Source of the DNA: an uncultured Oscillospiraceae bacterium
Lineage (GTDB): Bacteria; Bacillota; Clostridia; Oscillospirales; Oscillospiraceae
Direction: 5' to 3'
Assembly: GCA_964629755.1 (NCBI GenBank)
Contig: CAZVSJ010000001.1
Location: 6,817 to 70,816 of the forward strand
DNA: 64,000 bases
The notes beneath the pieces are model-generated. The model was not told where the DNA came from. It saw only the letters and a list, made by a program, of their open reading frames with translations, and did not search any database. Made by a program: the position numbers and the translations under genes. Below are positions 8,266 to 17,519 of the stretch, piece after piece. Numbering within the stretch: position 1 is the first letter of the stretch; the number at the start of each line of letters is the position of its first letter.

Positions 8266-10272
8266 TCAGACCACTGCGCTTGCCAGCAGGTAGACCAGCG
8301 CCGCAATGAGCCACGCGACAACGGTCTGCGCCACGGCGACCAGCGCGCCGCGCCATTTGCCGCCCAGCTCACGCCCGATGGCGGCGATGGCCGCGACGCA
8401 GGGCGTATAGAGCAGCGTAAAGGTCAGGAAGCTGACCGCCGAGGCGGTCGTGAACAGTCCGGCCAGACCCGCGCTCAGGTTTTCCATGCCCGTGCCCGTC
8501 AGAATACCGAGGGTGCTGACGACCGCCTCCTTGGCGGTAAAGCCCGTGACGAGCGCCGTCGTGATGCGCCAATCCCCAAAGCCGAGCGGCGCAAAAATCG
8601 GCGCAAGGAGCTTGCCGACCGAGGCCAGCAGGCTGTCGGCGCTGTCCGAGACGAAATTGAGGTGGGTGTCAAACGACTGCAGGAACCAGATGGCCAGCGT
8701 CGCCACGAAGATGATCGTGAACGCCCGCTGCAAAAAGTCCTTCGCCTTGTCCCACAGAAGCAGCATCACGCTCTTGAATGACGGCATCCGGTAATTCGGC
8801 AGCTCCATGACGAAGGGCACGGGCTTGCCGCGGAAGGCGGTCTTTTTCAGCAGCAGCGCGATCAGCACGCCGATCGCCATGCCGCCGAAATAGAGCAGGC
8901 CCATGACTAAGGCGGCGGAATTCGGGAAAAATGCCGCCGAAAATACCGCGTAGATGGGGATCTTGGCCGAGCAGCTCATAAACGGCGTGAGCAGGATCGT
9001 CATCCTGCGGTCGCGCGAGGACGGCAGGGTGCGCGTTGCCATGACCGCCGGGACGGTGCAACCGAAGCCGATGAGCATCGGCACGAAGCTGCGGCCGGAC
9101 AGGCCGATCTTGCGCAGCAGCTTATCCATCACGAAGGCCACACGCGCCATATAGCCGGTGTCCTCCAATATGGAGAGGAAGAAGAACATCACGACGATGA
9201 TCGGCAAAAAGCTCACGACCGAGCCGACGCCGGCAAACACGCCGTCGATGATGAGGCTATGTACCACGGGGTTCAGACCATAGGCACTCAGCGCCGTATC
9301 CACCACCGCGCCCAGCTTGTCGATGCCCAGCGCCAGAAGATCCTGCAAAAACGCGCCGACGACATCGAAGGTCAGCCAGAACACCACCAGCATGATGCCG
9401 ATGAAGATCGGTATCGCGGCGTATTTGTTCGTCAGCACCCGGTCGATGCGCACGGAGCGAATGTGTTCCCTGCTCTCGCGGCATTTGACGACCGTTTTCG
9501 CGCACAGGCGCTCGATATAATCATAGCGCATCGAGGCGATGGCCGCGTTGCGGTCGAGACCGCCCTCGTCCTCCATCTCGACGATGCTGTGCTCGAGCAG
9601 CTCCAGCTCGTTTTGATTGATCGAAAGACGGTCAATGATGTCCTTATCGCCCTCGATCATCTTCGTCGCGGCAAAGCGGCGCGCCATGCCCGCGTTGCGA
9701 GCGTGATCCTCGATCTGGTGGGAGACGGCGTGGATGCAGCGGTGGACGGGGCCGTCGTCGCAGAAGTCCACGCGCTTCGGCACGCGCTTTTCCTTCGCCG
9801 TGCGCACGGCGCATTCGATCAGCTCATCAATGCCCTCGTTTTTGGCCGCAGCGATCGGCACGACGGGGATGCCCAGCTCGTCGGACATCTTCACAACGTC
9901 GATCGTCCCGCCGTTGCCGCGCACCTCGTCCATCATATTCAGCGCCAGCACCATCGGGATGCCCAGTTCCAAAAGCTGCAGCGTCAGGTAGAGGTTGCGC
10001 TCGATATTCGTCGCGTCGACGATATTGATGATGCCGTCGGGATGCTCGTTAAGAATGAAGTCCCGCGTGACGACCTCCTCGCCCGTATACGGCCGCATCG
10101 AGTAGATGCCGGGCAGATCGGTCACATAGCAGCCCTTCGCGCTGCGCATCTGGCCGCTCTTGCTGTCCACCGTCACGCCGGGGAAGTTGCCGACGTGCTG
10201 GTTCGCGCCCGTGAGCTGGTTGAACAGTGTGGTCTTGCCGCAGTTTTGGTTGCCGACCAGAGCGAACATCAT
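8266..10272 (-). CDS. feoB: Ferrous iron transport protein B
   Basis: G1 GNQNCGKT, G2 NFPGVT, G3 DLPG, G4 NMMD; gate motifs GFGC, PFMSC, YTPC. Confidence 0.97.
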   Translation of the reverse strand: MMFALVGNQNCGKTTLFNQLTGANQHVGNFPGVTVDSKSGQMRSAKGCYVTDLPGIYSMRPYTGEEVVTRDFILNEHPDGIINIVDATNIERNLYLTLQLLELGIPMVLALNMMDEVRGNGGTIDVVKMSDELGIPVVPIAAAKNEGIDELIECAVRTAKEKRVPKRVDFCDDGPVHRCIHAVSHQIEDHARNAGMARRFAATKMIEGDKDIIDRLSINQNELELLEHSIVEMEDEGGLDRNAAIASMRYDYIERLCAKTVVKCRESREHIRSVRIDRVLTNKYAAIPIFIGIMLVVFWLTFDVVGAFLQDLLALGIDKLGAVVDTALSAYGLNPVVHSLIIDGVFAGVGSVVSFLPIIVVMFFFLSILEDTGYMARVAFVMDKLLRKIGLSGRSFVPMLIGFGCTVPAVMATRTLPSSRDRRMTILLTPFMSCSAKIPIYAVFSAAFFPNSAALVMGLLYFGGMAIGVLIALLLKKTAFRGKPVPFVMELPNYRMPSFKSVMLLLWDKAKDFLQRAFTIIFVATLAIWFLQSFDTHLNFVSDSADSLLASVGKLLAPIFAPLGFGDWRITTALVTGFTAKEAVVSTLGILTGTGMENLSAGLAGLFTTASAVSFLTFTLLYTPCVAAIAAIGRELGGKWRGALVAVAQTVVAWLIAALVYLLASAVV

Positions 10273-10505
10273 TTCCCGCTCACCTCCGGCATGATCTCGA
10301 TCTGCGCCGCGTCGTCCAGGCGGAGCGTCAGCTCATAGCCGCGCAGACGGATCTCCATCGGGTCGCCCATCGGCGCGATCTTGACCACGGTGACCTTTGT
10401 ATTGGGGATCAGCCCCATATCCAGCAGGCGGCAGCGCAGATTGCCCTCCCCGCCGACGGCGGTGATCAGGCCGCTTCTGCCGACCGCAAGCTCCTTTAAT
10501 GTCAT
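10269..10505 (-). CDS. feoA: Ferrous iron transport protein A
   Basis: RLLDMGL...APMGDP...RGYELTLR; ATG 10505 behind GGAGG. Confidence 0.95.
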   Translation of the reverse strand: MTLKELAVGRSGLITAVGGEGNLRCRLLDMGLIPNTKVTVVKIAPMGDPMEIRLRGYELTLRLDDAAQIEIMPEVSGK

Positions 10506-10520
10506 CCTTCTCCCTCCAAG

Positions 10521-10579
10521 GTTAGTCTTGTATAACTTATTCGCGAACACATAATAGCACGCGTGAAATCCGCTGTCAA
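10521..10579 (-). promoter_or_regulatory. sigmaA promoter of feoAB with a putative metal-repressor operator
   Basis: Minus strand TTGACA-N17-TATTAT (10579-10551); imperfect palindrome GTTAG-TCTTGT-ATAAC at 10521-10536. Confidence 0.6.
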
Positions 10580-10658
10580 GTCCCCGCAAGAAAAAACTTG
10601 TAATTCTCCTTCCTCTCATGTATAATGCAAATAACGACTATGAACGAGGGGTGAACCG

Positions 10659-11075
10659 ATGAGAGTTCTTGCCATTGACTACGGCGACGCCCGCACGGGT
10701 ATCGCCGTCTCCGACGCGCTCGGCATGATCGTCGGACAGACGACCGTGATCCACAGCCGCAACGCGCAAAAAACCGCGCAGGAGATCGCGCGGCTCGTCA
10801 ATGAATGTGGCGCGGAGCGCCTTGTGATGGGCTTCCCGCGCAATATGGACGGCAGCGAAGGGCCGCGTGCCGCGCTCTACCGCGACTTTGCCGCTCTCGT
10901 GGAGGCGCAGTGCCAAATGCCCGTCGTCCTCTGGGACGAGCGGCGCACGACCGTCGAGGCGCACAACATCCTCTCCGACTGCAACTACCACGGCAAAAAG
11001 CGCAAAAACACCGTCGACGCCGTCGCCGCGTCGCTCATTTTGGAGGGCTATTTAGCCTTTTTGTCGCGCGCGTGA
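10659..11075 (+). CDS. ruvX: YqgF/RuvX family nuclease (pre-16S rRNA processing)
   Basis: LAIDYGDARTGIA, GFPRNMDG, WDERRTT, DAVAA motifs. Confidence 0.93.
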   Translation: MRVLAIDYGDARTGIAVSDALGMIVGQTTVIHSRNAQKTAQEIARLVNECGAERLVMGFPRNMDGSEGPRAALYRDFAALVEAQCQMPVVLWDERRTTVEAHNILSDCNYHGKKRKNTVDAVAASLILEGYLAFLSRA

Positions 11076-11425
11076 GCGCCGAACAGCTCCGTTATGCCGA
11101 CGAAAATTAAAAAGCCGCCGAAGAGCTTGCGCAGCAGCGACGCGTCGACAGACGTGGCAAGGAGCGCCGCGCCCGCTGCGCTCAGGCAGCCGGTGATTGC
11201 CGCCGGGAGGACGACGCGCCAGCAGATGAGGCGGTTTTTGATATGAAAGATCAGGGCGCACGCCGCCGTCGGGAGAAAATAGAGCAGGTTGATGCCCTGC
11301 GCCATGCGCTGCTCCATGTCCATCACCGCAGTCATCCAGACCATCAGGAGTGTCCCGCCGCCGATGCCGAGGCCGGAGAGCACCCCGCAGACCAGCCCCG
11401 CGACGCCGGCAAGCAGCGCGCTCAT
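11048..11425 (-). CDS. TauE/SafE (TSUP) family half-size membrane protein
   Basis: GLGIGGG motif, AQGINLLYFLP; ATG 11425 overlaps the stop of its partner. Confidence 0.85.
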   Translation of the reverse strand: MSALLAGVAGLVCGVLSGLGIGGGTLLMVWMTAVMDMEQRMAQGINLLYFLPTAACALIFHIKNRLICWRVVLPAAITGCLSAAGAALLATSVDASLLRKLFGGFLIFVGITELFGAHARDKKAK

Positions 11426-11787
11426 CGCAGCAGCAGGCGCGCTCCGCCCCAGAGAATGAACACGCCCAGAATCCGGTGCAGCCACTTGGTCGGCAGGCGC
11501 TTGAGAAGCAGTCCCGCGATCACGCCGCCGAGTGCGCCGCCGATCAGATACGGCACGGACTCCGTCGCAAAGCCTCCGCCGCGCAGAGCGTAGACCCCCG
11601 CCGAGACGAGCGACAGCGGCAGAATGATGCACACGCAGGAGGCGAAGTACTCGTGTCCGTCCAGCTCCGTCAGGCGCGACAGCAGCGGCAACAGCACCAT
11701 GCCCCCGCCCGCACCGAACAGGCCGTTAGCCACACCCGCCGCCGCGCCGCTCAGTGCAGCGCCGTACCGTTTTTTCCAATTCTGCAT
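11422..11787 (-). CDS. TauE/SafE (TSUP) family half-size membrane protein
   Basis: NGLFGAGGGM motif; about 4 TM helices. Confidence 0.85.
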   Translation of the reverse strand: MQNWKKRYGAALSGAAAGVANGLFGAGGGMVLLPLLSRLTELDGHEYFASCVCIILPLSLVSAGVYALRGGGFATESVPYLIGGALGGVIAGLLLKRLPTKWLHRILGVFILWGGARLLLR

Positions 11788-11903
11788 TCGATCCCCTCCG
11801 AAATTCGACCGTTCCTATTGTCTCCGCTCATGGCGGTTTTATGCTCATATCCGCCGCCGCGAACGAATATACTCTCCCATAAGAAGTTGAACGAGGTGGG
11901 AGA

Positions 11904-12512
11904 ATGGAACAATTCGCAAATCACATCGCGCTGACGGGCTGCATGGCCTCCGCGCCCGAATACTCACACAGCAATCACGGTCGGCGGTTTTTCTCGTTTT
12001 TTCTGGAGGTGGCACGGCTCTCCGGCGTGATCGACCGGCTTCCGATTTTAGCCCCGGAGGAGCTTTTGGCCGCCACACCCGCCGACGAGGGCGACGGGCT
12101 CAGCATCGAGGGTCAGATCCGCTCCTTTAACAACCGCTCCAATGTGGGCAGGCGGCTCATCATCTCCGTTCTGGCGGAGAAGCTGGCCGTCAGCTCCGCG
12201 CCGCACGACAACCGCGTTACCTTGCAGGGCATCATCTGCAAAGACCCCGTTTACCGCCGCACGCCGCTCGGCCGCGAGATCTGCGATGTGATGCTCGCCG
12301 TCAACCGTCCCTACCGCCGCGCGGACTATCTGCCCTGCATTTTGTGGGGACGCTGCGCGCAGGAGGTCTCGGCCTATCCCGTCGGCACGCCGCTGCTGCT
12401 CACGGGCCGGCTGCAAAGCCGGGAGTACATCAAGCTCATCGACGGCGCCGCCGAGCAGCGCACCGCCTATGAGATCTCCGCCATCACCGCCGAGCTGGCG
12501 GAGCTTGCATAA
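11904..12512 (+). CDS. Single-stranded DNA-binding protein with tandem OB folds (clostridial type)
   Basis: Two OB-like repeats (GQIRSFN; DYLPCILWG, GRLQSREY); no acidic C-terminal tail. Confidence 0.85.
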   Translation: MEQFANHIALTGCMASAPEYSHSNHGRRFFSFFLEVARLSGVIDRLPILAPEELLAATPADEGDGLSIEGQIRSFNNRSNVGRRLIISVLAEKLAVSSAPHDNRVTLQGIICKDPVYRRTPLGREICDVMLAVNRPYRRADYLPCILWGRCAQEVSAYPVGTPLLLTGRLQSREYIKLIDGAAEQRTAYEISAITAELAELA

Positions 12513-12514
12513 AA

Positions 12515-12552
12515 TAACAGCCGCACCGGGAAAACACCCGGTGCGGCTGTAT
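12515..12552. terminator. Bidirectional terminator
   Basis: ACAGCCGCACCGGG-AAAACA-CCCGGTGCGGCTGT between convergent genes. Confidence 0.8.
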
Positions 12553-12565
12553 TCGTGTTAAGGCA

Positions 12566-12832
12566 TTACAGCGGCTCGTCCATCAGGCGGTCGAATTCCG
12601 CCGCGACACGGTCGAAGTCCTCCTCGGGAATGTCGACCAACTCAAAGTCCTCGTCCGTCGGGACATATTCATAAAGGTATACGTCATTGGATTCGTCGAA
12701 CGTCTCAAGCGCGATATACTGCTTGTCGTCCAGATCGAAAATGCCCATAATGCCGCATTCAAAGCTCTCGCCGTCGTCAAACTCCAGCGTGAGGATCTCG
12801 TCCTCGGAATACTCGGCGCGTTTATCTTCCAT
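12566..12832 (-). CDS. DUF1292-like small acidic protein
   Basis: Highly acidic 88 aa; ILTLEFDDG...YIAL...EEDFDRV pattern. Confidence 0.75.
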   Translation of the reverse strand: MEDKRAEYSEDEILTLEFDDGESFECGIMGIFDLDDKQYIALETFDESNDVYLYEYVPTDEDFELVDIPEEDFDRVAAEFDRLMDEPL

Positions 12833-12893
12833 GGGTAAAAACCTCCTTCATTTGGTACTTTCAGTATAGCCTGTTTTGCAGGAAAGCGCAAGT

Positions 12894-13916
12894 CTATTCT
12901 TCCAAAAACTGCCGATAGGCTGTCGGCAGGCCGATCTTTTCCCTGATCTCCTGCGCCGTGAACCACGAAAAGGCGTTCTCCTGCGCGCAGGACAGGTAGC
13001 AGCCCGTGAGCTTCCACTCGACGTGGGTGAAGATGTGCGTGCGCTTGACCACCTTTTCGATCCCGCGCGGATGCACGCCCCATTGCTCCGCCTGCGAAAG
13101 CGCCTCCTGCGCGGTGAGCGTTCCGGCGACGTCGGGAAGCTGCCACAGCCCCGCGAGCAGTCCCCGCTCCGGGCGCTTGCAGACGGCGAGCTTTTCGCCG
13201 CAGCGCAGGAGAAAGACCGTGCGTTCCTCCGTCCTGCGCGGTTTTTTTGCCGCCTTGACGGGCAGTTCACGCTGAATGCCGCGCCTGTTCGCCGCGCAAA
13301 GGTCGGACAGCGGACAGCGTTCGCACAGCGGCGCGCCGTTTGGCAGGCAGACCGTCGCGCCCAGCTCCATCAGCGCCTGCGTGAATTCGCCGCAATGCCC
13401 AGCAGGATAGACCGCCGCAAGCGTCCGCGCCGTCTCGCGCTTGACCTTTTCGTCCGTGACCGGCGCAGACGACGCCGTATAACGCGCCATGACGCGCAGG
13501 ACGTTGCCGTCGACGGCGGGCGTGGACAGATCGAAGCAGATCGAGCAGATCGCGCCCGCCGTATAGGGGCCGATGCCCGCAAGCGCCCGCACCTCGTCAT
13601 AGGTCTGCGGGAAGCGCCCGCCGTAGTCGCGCATGATGGTCTGCGCGGCCTTTTGGAGGTTTCGCACGCGGCTGTAATAGCCCAGCCCCTCCCAGAGCTT
13701 TAAAAGCGTCTGCTCGGAGGCGTCCGCAAGCGCCGCGATTGTCGGCAGCTCTTGCAGGAATCGGGCGTAGTAGCCCTTCACGGCCTCCACGCGGGTCTGC
13801 TGGAGCATGATCTCCGAGAGCCAAACGCGGTAGGGATCTCTGTTTTCCCGCCACGGCAGGTCGCGGCGATGGGCGGCATACCACGGAAGCAGGCGTTCCG
13901 GCAGGCGTTCGGGCAT
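12894..13916 (-). CDS. mutY: A/G-specific adenine glycosylase
   Basis: SEIMLQQT, WEGLGYYSR, HhH GIGPYTA, VDGNV, Fe-S Cys cluster, NUDIX-like C-terminus. Confidence 0.96.
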   Translation of the reverse strand: MPERLPERLLPWYAAHRRDLPWRENRDPYRVWLSEIMLQQTRVEAVKGYYARFLQELPTIAALADASEQTLLKLWEGLGYYSRVRNLQKAAQTIMRDYGGRFPQTYDEVRALAGIGPYTAGAICSICFDLSTPAVDGNVLRVMARYTASSAPVTDEKVKRETARTLAAVYPAGHCGEFTQALMELGATVCLPNGAPLCERCPLSDLCAANRRGIQRELPVKAAKKPRRTEERTVFLLRCGEKLAVCKRPERGLLAGLWQLPDVAGTLTAQEALSQAEQWGVHPRGIEKVVKRTHIFTHVEWKLTGCYLSCAQENAFSWFTAQEIREKIGLPTAYRQFLEE

Positions 13917-13949
13917 TTTCGTTCTCCTTTCAAAAATCAGGAACGGCTG

Positions 13950-14912
13950 TTACCGTTCCTGATTCGGCTTCTTTCTTCTGCGGCGGTGCGACGGACGGCG
14001 TCTGGCCGCCAGCTCGTCAAACTTCTGCGCGGCGTCCGACGCGCCCTCGTAGACCATGCGGCTGACGCGCATGGTGCCGTCGGTGTCCTTTTGCAGGCGG
14101 ATGCGGATGAGGTATCTGCCGTGCGTCTCGCAGGACGCCATCGTCATATAGCGCCGTCCCTCCTGCGCGATCCACGCGCCGTTCGGCATCTCCGCGCCGC
14201 ACTGGGGGCAGTGGCTTCGCAGGTCGGTCATCGCGCTGATGGCCTTTGCCTTGTCCTCGTAGCCGCGGAAGACCATCCGGCTGACGCAGCCCTCGGGCGG
14301 CGCGCCGTGGAAGCCGTCGGTGTGGCTGCGCAGCGCCTGGTCATATTCCGCGATGCCGCGCTTGAGGTCGAGGCGGCTGCAGATGAGTGCGGTGTGGTAG
14401 GCGTCGCCCAGCGCGTCGTGCGCGGGACGGCTCGGCTCGATGCCAAGCATCTCCATCGCGGTCGAGAGCGCCTTTTGCGCGCTGCCGGAGCCGGTCTGCG
14501 CGTTGAAGATCATCTGCGCGTTATACCACTGGGTGATCCAGTCCGGCTCGTCGTCGTGCAGGAGGATGTTGTCCTCCAAAATACGGATGTCGTCAAAGCC
14601 CCAAGTCAGGAAGATGCACTCCCCGCCGATCCACGAACGGAAACGCGCCAGCGCCTCCGGGAAGGGCAGGCCCTCGTCACGCAGGGTCGCGTCGCGCAGG
14701 CCGGTCAGCTTGGACACGCGGCTGTTGAGCTTTTTATAATATTTCGGGCGCACGAGCACCTGAAATTCGTCCGCGACCGTGCCGTTTTCCAGCAGGCGCA
14801 CGGCACCGATCTGGATGATCTCGCCGTGGATCTCCACGGGAAGCACCTTTTTCGCGGCATAGGAGCCGGGCCACGGCTGGTTCCATTCCATATCCAATAC
14901 AATATACTGCAA
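13950..14912 (-). CDS. DEDDh 3'-5' exonuclease (ERI-1/KapD-like) with C-terminal Zn-ribbon
   Basis: LDMEW, TWGFDD, HDALGDA motifs; CPQC...CETH; probable TTG start at 14912. Confidence 0.85.
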   Translation of the reverse strand: MQYIVLDMEWNQPWPGSYAAKKVLPVEIHGEIIQIGAVRLLENGTVADEFQVLVRPKYYKKLNSRVSKLTGLRDATLRDEGLPFPEALARFRSWIGGECIFLTWGFDDIRILEDNILLHDDEPDWITQWYNAQMIFNAQTGSGSAQKALSTAMEMLGIEPSRPAHDALGDAYHTALICSRLDLKRGIAEYDQALRSHTDGFHGAPPEGCVSRMVFRGYEDKAKAISAMTDLRSHCPQCGAEMPNGAWIAQEGRRYMTMASCETHGRYLIRIRLQKDTDGTMRVSRMVYEGASDAAQKFDELAARRRPSHRRRRKKPNQER

Positions 14913-15048
14913 AGCGCGCTCTCCACCTTTCTTATCTTGTCGTATCATACCACAGTTTTCCCCGCGCCGCAACTGCTATTGCAAATGGTTTTGACTTTTT
15001 GAAGGATTTGGTATATAGTATAAGGTAGAGAAAAATGGAGGTGCGCAA

Positions 15049-17235
15049 ATGATTACCGTGAAAAATGAGGGAACGTTCCTTCTAAACGGAACGCTCGTCC
15101 CCGCAGCCGAGGCCGCCGCGTCCCGCGAGGACGGCAAGAAAAAGACCATCGCCTATCGCATTTTCGCCGCGCACAACACGTCGGGCGATATGCAGAACCT
15201 GAAGCTCAAATTTGACGCGATGGCCTCGCATGATATTACCTACGTCGGCATTATCCAGACCGCCCGTGCGTCGGGGCTGAAGGAGTTTCCCCTGCCCTAT
15301 GTGCTGACGAACTGCCACAATTCCCTGTGCGCCGTGGGCGGCACGATCAACGAGGACGACCACGTCTTCGGTCTGTCCGCCGCGAAGCGCTACGGCGGCG
15401 AATTCGTCCCCGCGCATCAGGCCGTCATCCACAGCTATATGCGCGAGATGTACGCGGGCGGCGGGCGGATGCTCCTCGGCTCGGACTCGCACACGCGCTA
15501 CGGCGCTTACGGCACCCTCGCCGTCGGCGAGGGCGGCCCGGAGCTGGTCAAGCAGCTTCTGTGCAAGACCTATGACATTGCTTATCCGCGTGTTGTCGGC
15601 GTACATCTGACGGGCAAGCCGAGCGCAGGCGTCGGCCCACAGGACGTGGCGCTGGCGCTGATCGGCGCGACCTTCAAGCAGGGCACCGTCAAAAACAGTG
15701 TCATGGAATTCTTCGGCGACGGCATCGCAAATCTCTCGATGGACTACCGCAACGGCATTGACGTCATGACAACGGAGACGAGCTGCCTGTCCTCCGTCTG
15801 GCAGACGGACGAGACGGTGCGCCGCTCTCTCGCCGCGCACGGCCGGGCCGACGCTTACGCAGAGCTTGCGCCGCTGGACGGCGCGTATTACGACGCCGTC
15901 ATCGAGGTCGATCTCGGCCGCGTCGAGCCGATGATCGCCCTGCCCTTCCACCCGTCGAACGCTTACACCATCCGCGAATTCAACGAAAATCTCGACGATT
16001 CTCTGCACATGGTCGCCCCGGACGGCGCACTGCGCAAGAATGTGCGCGGCGGCAAATTCTACGCCGATCAGGGCGTGATCGCGGGCTGTTCGGGCGGTAT
16101 GTACCAGAATCTGGTCAAGGCGGCTGAGATCCTGCGCGGAAAAACCATCGGCGACGGGCATTTCGGCCTGTCCTGCTATCCGGCAAGCCAGCCCGTCATG
16201 CTGGAGCTGATGCGCACGGGCGTGCTGGAGACGCTGATGCTCGCGGGCACCTCCGTCCGCACCGCGTTCTGCGGCCCGTGCTTCGGCGCGGGAGACGTGC
16301 CCGCCAACGGCGGCTTCTCCATCCGTCACACCACGCGCAATTTCCCCAACCGCGAGGGTTCGAAGCCCACGGAGGGGCAGAGCGCCTTCGTCGCACTGAT
16401 GGACGCACGCTCCATCGCCGCCTCCGCGCTGATGGGCGGCGCGATCACGCCCGCAACGGAGCTGGAAGACCTGACGGACGACCCGGCCTTTGTCGATTAT
16501 CACTTCGACCCGAAGCCCTACGAGCGCGTCTATCACGGCGTGGGCAGGCCCGACGCTGCGCAGCCGCTCGTCTTCGGCCCGAACATCGCCGACTGGCCGG
16601 CGCAGATCGCCCTGCCGGAAAATCTGCTCATCACAGTCGCCTCCGCGATCTATGATCCCGTGACGACGACGGACGAGCTGATCCCCTCCGGCGAGACGTC
16701 CTCCTACCGTAGCAATCCCCTTCGCCTGAGCGAATTTGCCCTGAGCCGCAAGGACCCGGCCTATGTCGGGCGGGCCAAGGCGGTCGCGGCGGAGGAGAAA
16801 AAGCGCAGGCTTTCGCCCGAAAGCGCAGACATGATGGGCTACGACCCCGCGACGACCGGTCTCGGCAGCGCGGTCATGTCCATCCGGCCCGGCGACGGCT
16901 CCGCCCGCGAGCAGGCGGCCTCCTGCCAGCGCGTCCTCGGCGGCGTCGCCAACCTCTGTCAGGAGTACGCCACCAAGCGCTACCGCAGCAACGTTATCAA
17001 CTGGGGTATGCTCCCCTTCACCGTGGAAAATATCGCAAGCTACGGCATCCAGCCGGGTGACCGTATCTATGTGCCGGGCATCCGTGCGGCGCTGGAATCG
17101 GACGCCGCGGACATCCCCGCCGTCCTGATCCAGGGCGGCAAGCGCACTGAATTGACCCTGAAGCTCGAAAATCTCTCCCGCGAGGAGCGCGACATCATCC
17201 TCGCAGGCTGCATCATCAACTATTACGCAAAATGA
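15049..17235 (+). CDS. Aconitase-family hydratase (YbhJ-like)
   Basis: SHDITY, GSDSHTR, GCSGG, FCGPC Fe-S ligands, [18 protein letters not shown] swivel domain. Confidence 0.92.
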   Translation: MITVKNEGTFLLNGTLVPAAEAAASREDGKKKTIAYRIFAAHNTSGDMQNLKLKFDAMASHDITYVGIIQTARASGLKEFPLPYVLTNCHNSLCAVGGTINEDDHVFGLSAAKRYGGEFVPAHQAVIHSYMREMYAGGGRMLLGSDSHTRYGAYGTLAVGEGGPELVKQLLCKTYDIAYPRVVGVHLTGKPSAGVGPQDVALALIGATFKQGTVKNSVMEFFGDGIANLSMDYRNGIDVMTTETSCLSSVWQTDETVRRSLAAHGRADAYAELAPLDGAYYDAVIEVDLGRVEPMIALPFHPSNAYTIREFNENLDDSLHMVAPDGALRKNVRGGKFYADQGVIAGCSGGMYQNLVKAAEILRGKTIGDGHFGLSCYPASQPVMLELMRTGVLETLMLAGTSVRTAFCGPCFGAGDVPANGGFSIRHTTRNFPNREGSKPTEGQSAFVALMDARSIAASALMGGAITPATELEDLTDDPAFVDYHFDPKPYERVYHGVGRPDAAQPLVFGPNIADWPAQIALPENLLITVASAIYDPVTTTDELIPSGETSSYRSNPLRLSEFALSRKDPAYVGRAKAVAAEEKKRRLSPESADMMGYDPATTGLGSAVMSIRPGDGSAREQAASCQRVLGGVANLCQEYATKRYRSNVINWGMLPFTVENIASYGIQPGDRIYVPGIRAALESDAADIPAVLIQGGKRTELTLKLENLSREERDIILAGCIINYYAK

Positions 17236-17290
17236 TCCTCCCGGCGGCGCGGCTTCGGCTGCGCCGCCGGTTTTTTGTTCCGAAAAAAAT

Positions 17291-17303
17291 TGAAACGTTT
17301 CCA
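17291..17303. promoter_or_regulatory. Putative LacI-family (cre/MalR-like) operator upstream of the amylopullulanase
   Basis: TGAAACGTTTCCA with palindromic core GAAACGTTTC in an AT-rich intergenic region. Confidence 0.55.
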
Positions 17304-17519
17304 TTTTATATATTATTTACTCTTTAACAGTATACAGTTAGCTCTTATGTCATTTGAAGGTTAGTCATATTACACAAGCGGCGCTATTGAAATTGTATAT
17401 TTCTCCCAATTGCGCATCCGTTCCTCCCGTTTTATAATATTTTCGCGGACGTATTCTGCATGGCGCTGCCGTGCGGATACGTCCCTACGCATCCAAAAAT
17501 ATATTGAAGGAGAAAAAGG

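Noticed and set aside
15082-17304. 740-aa ORF antisense to the hydratase
   Set aside because: Mirror-frame artefact; the plus strand has clear aconitase-family motifs
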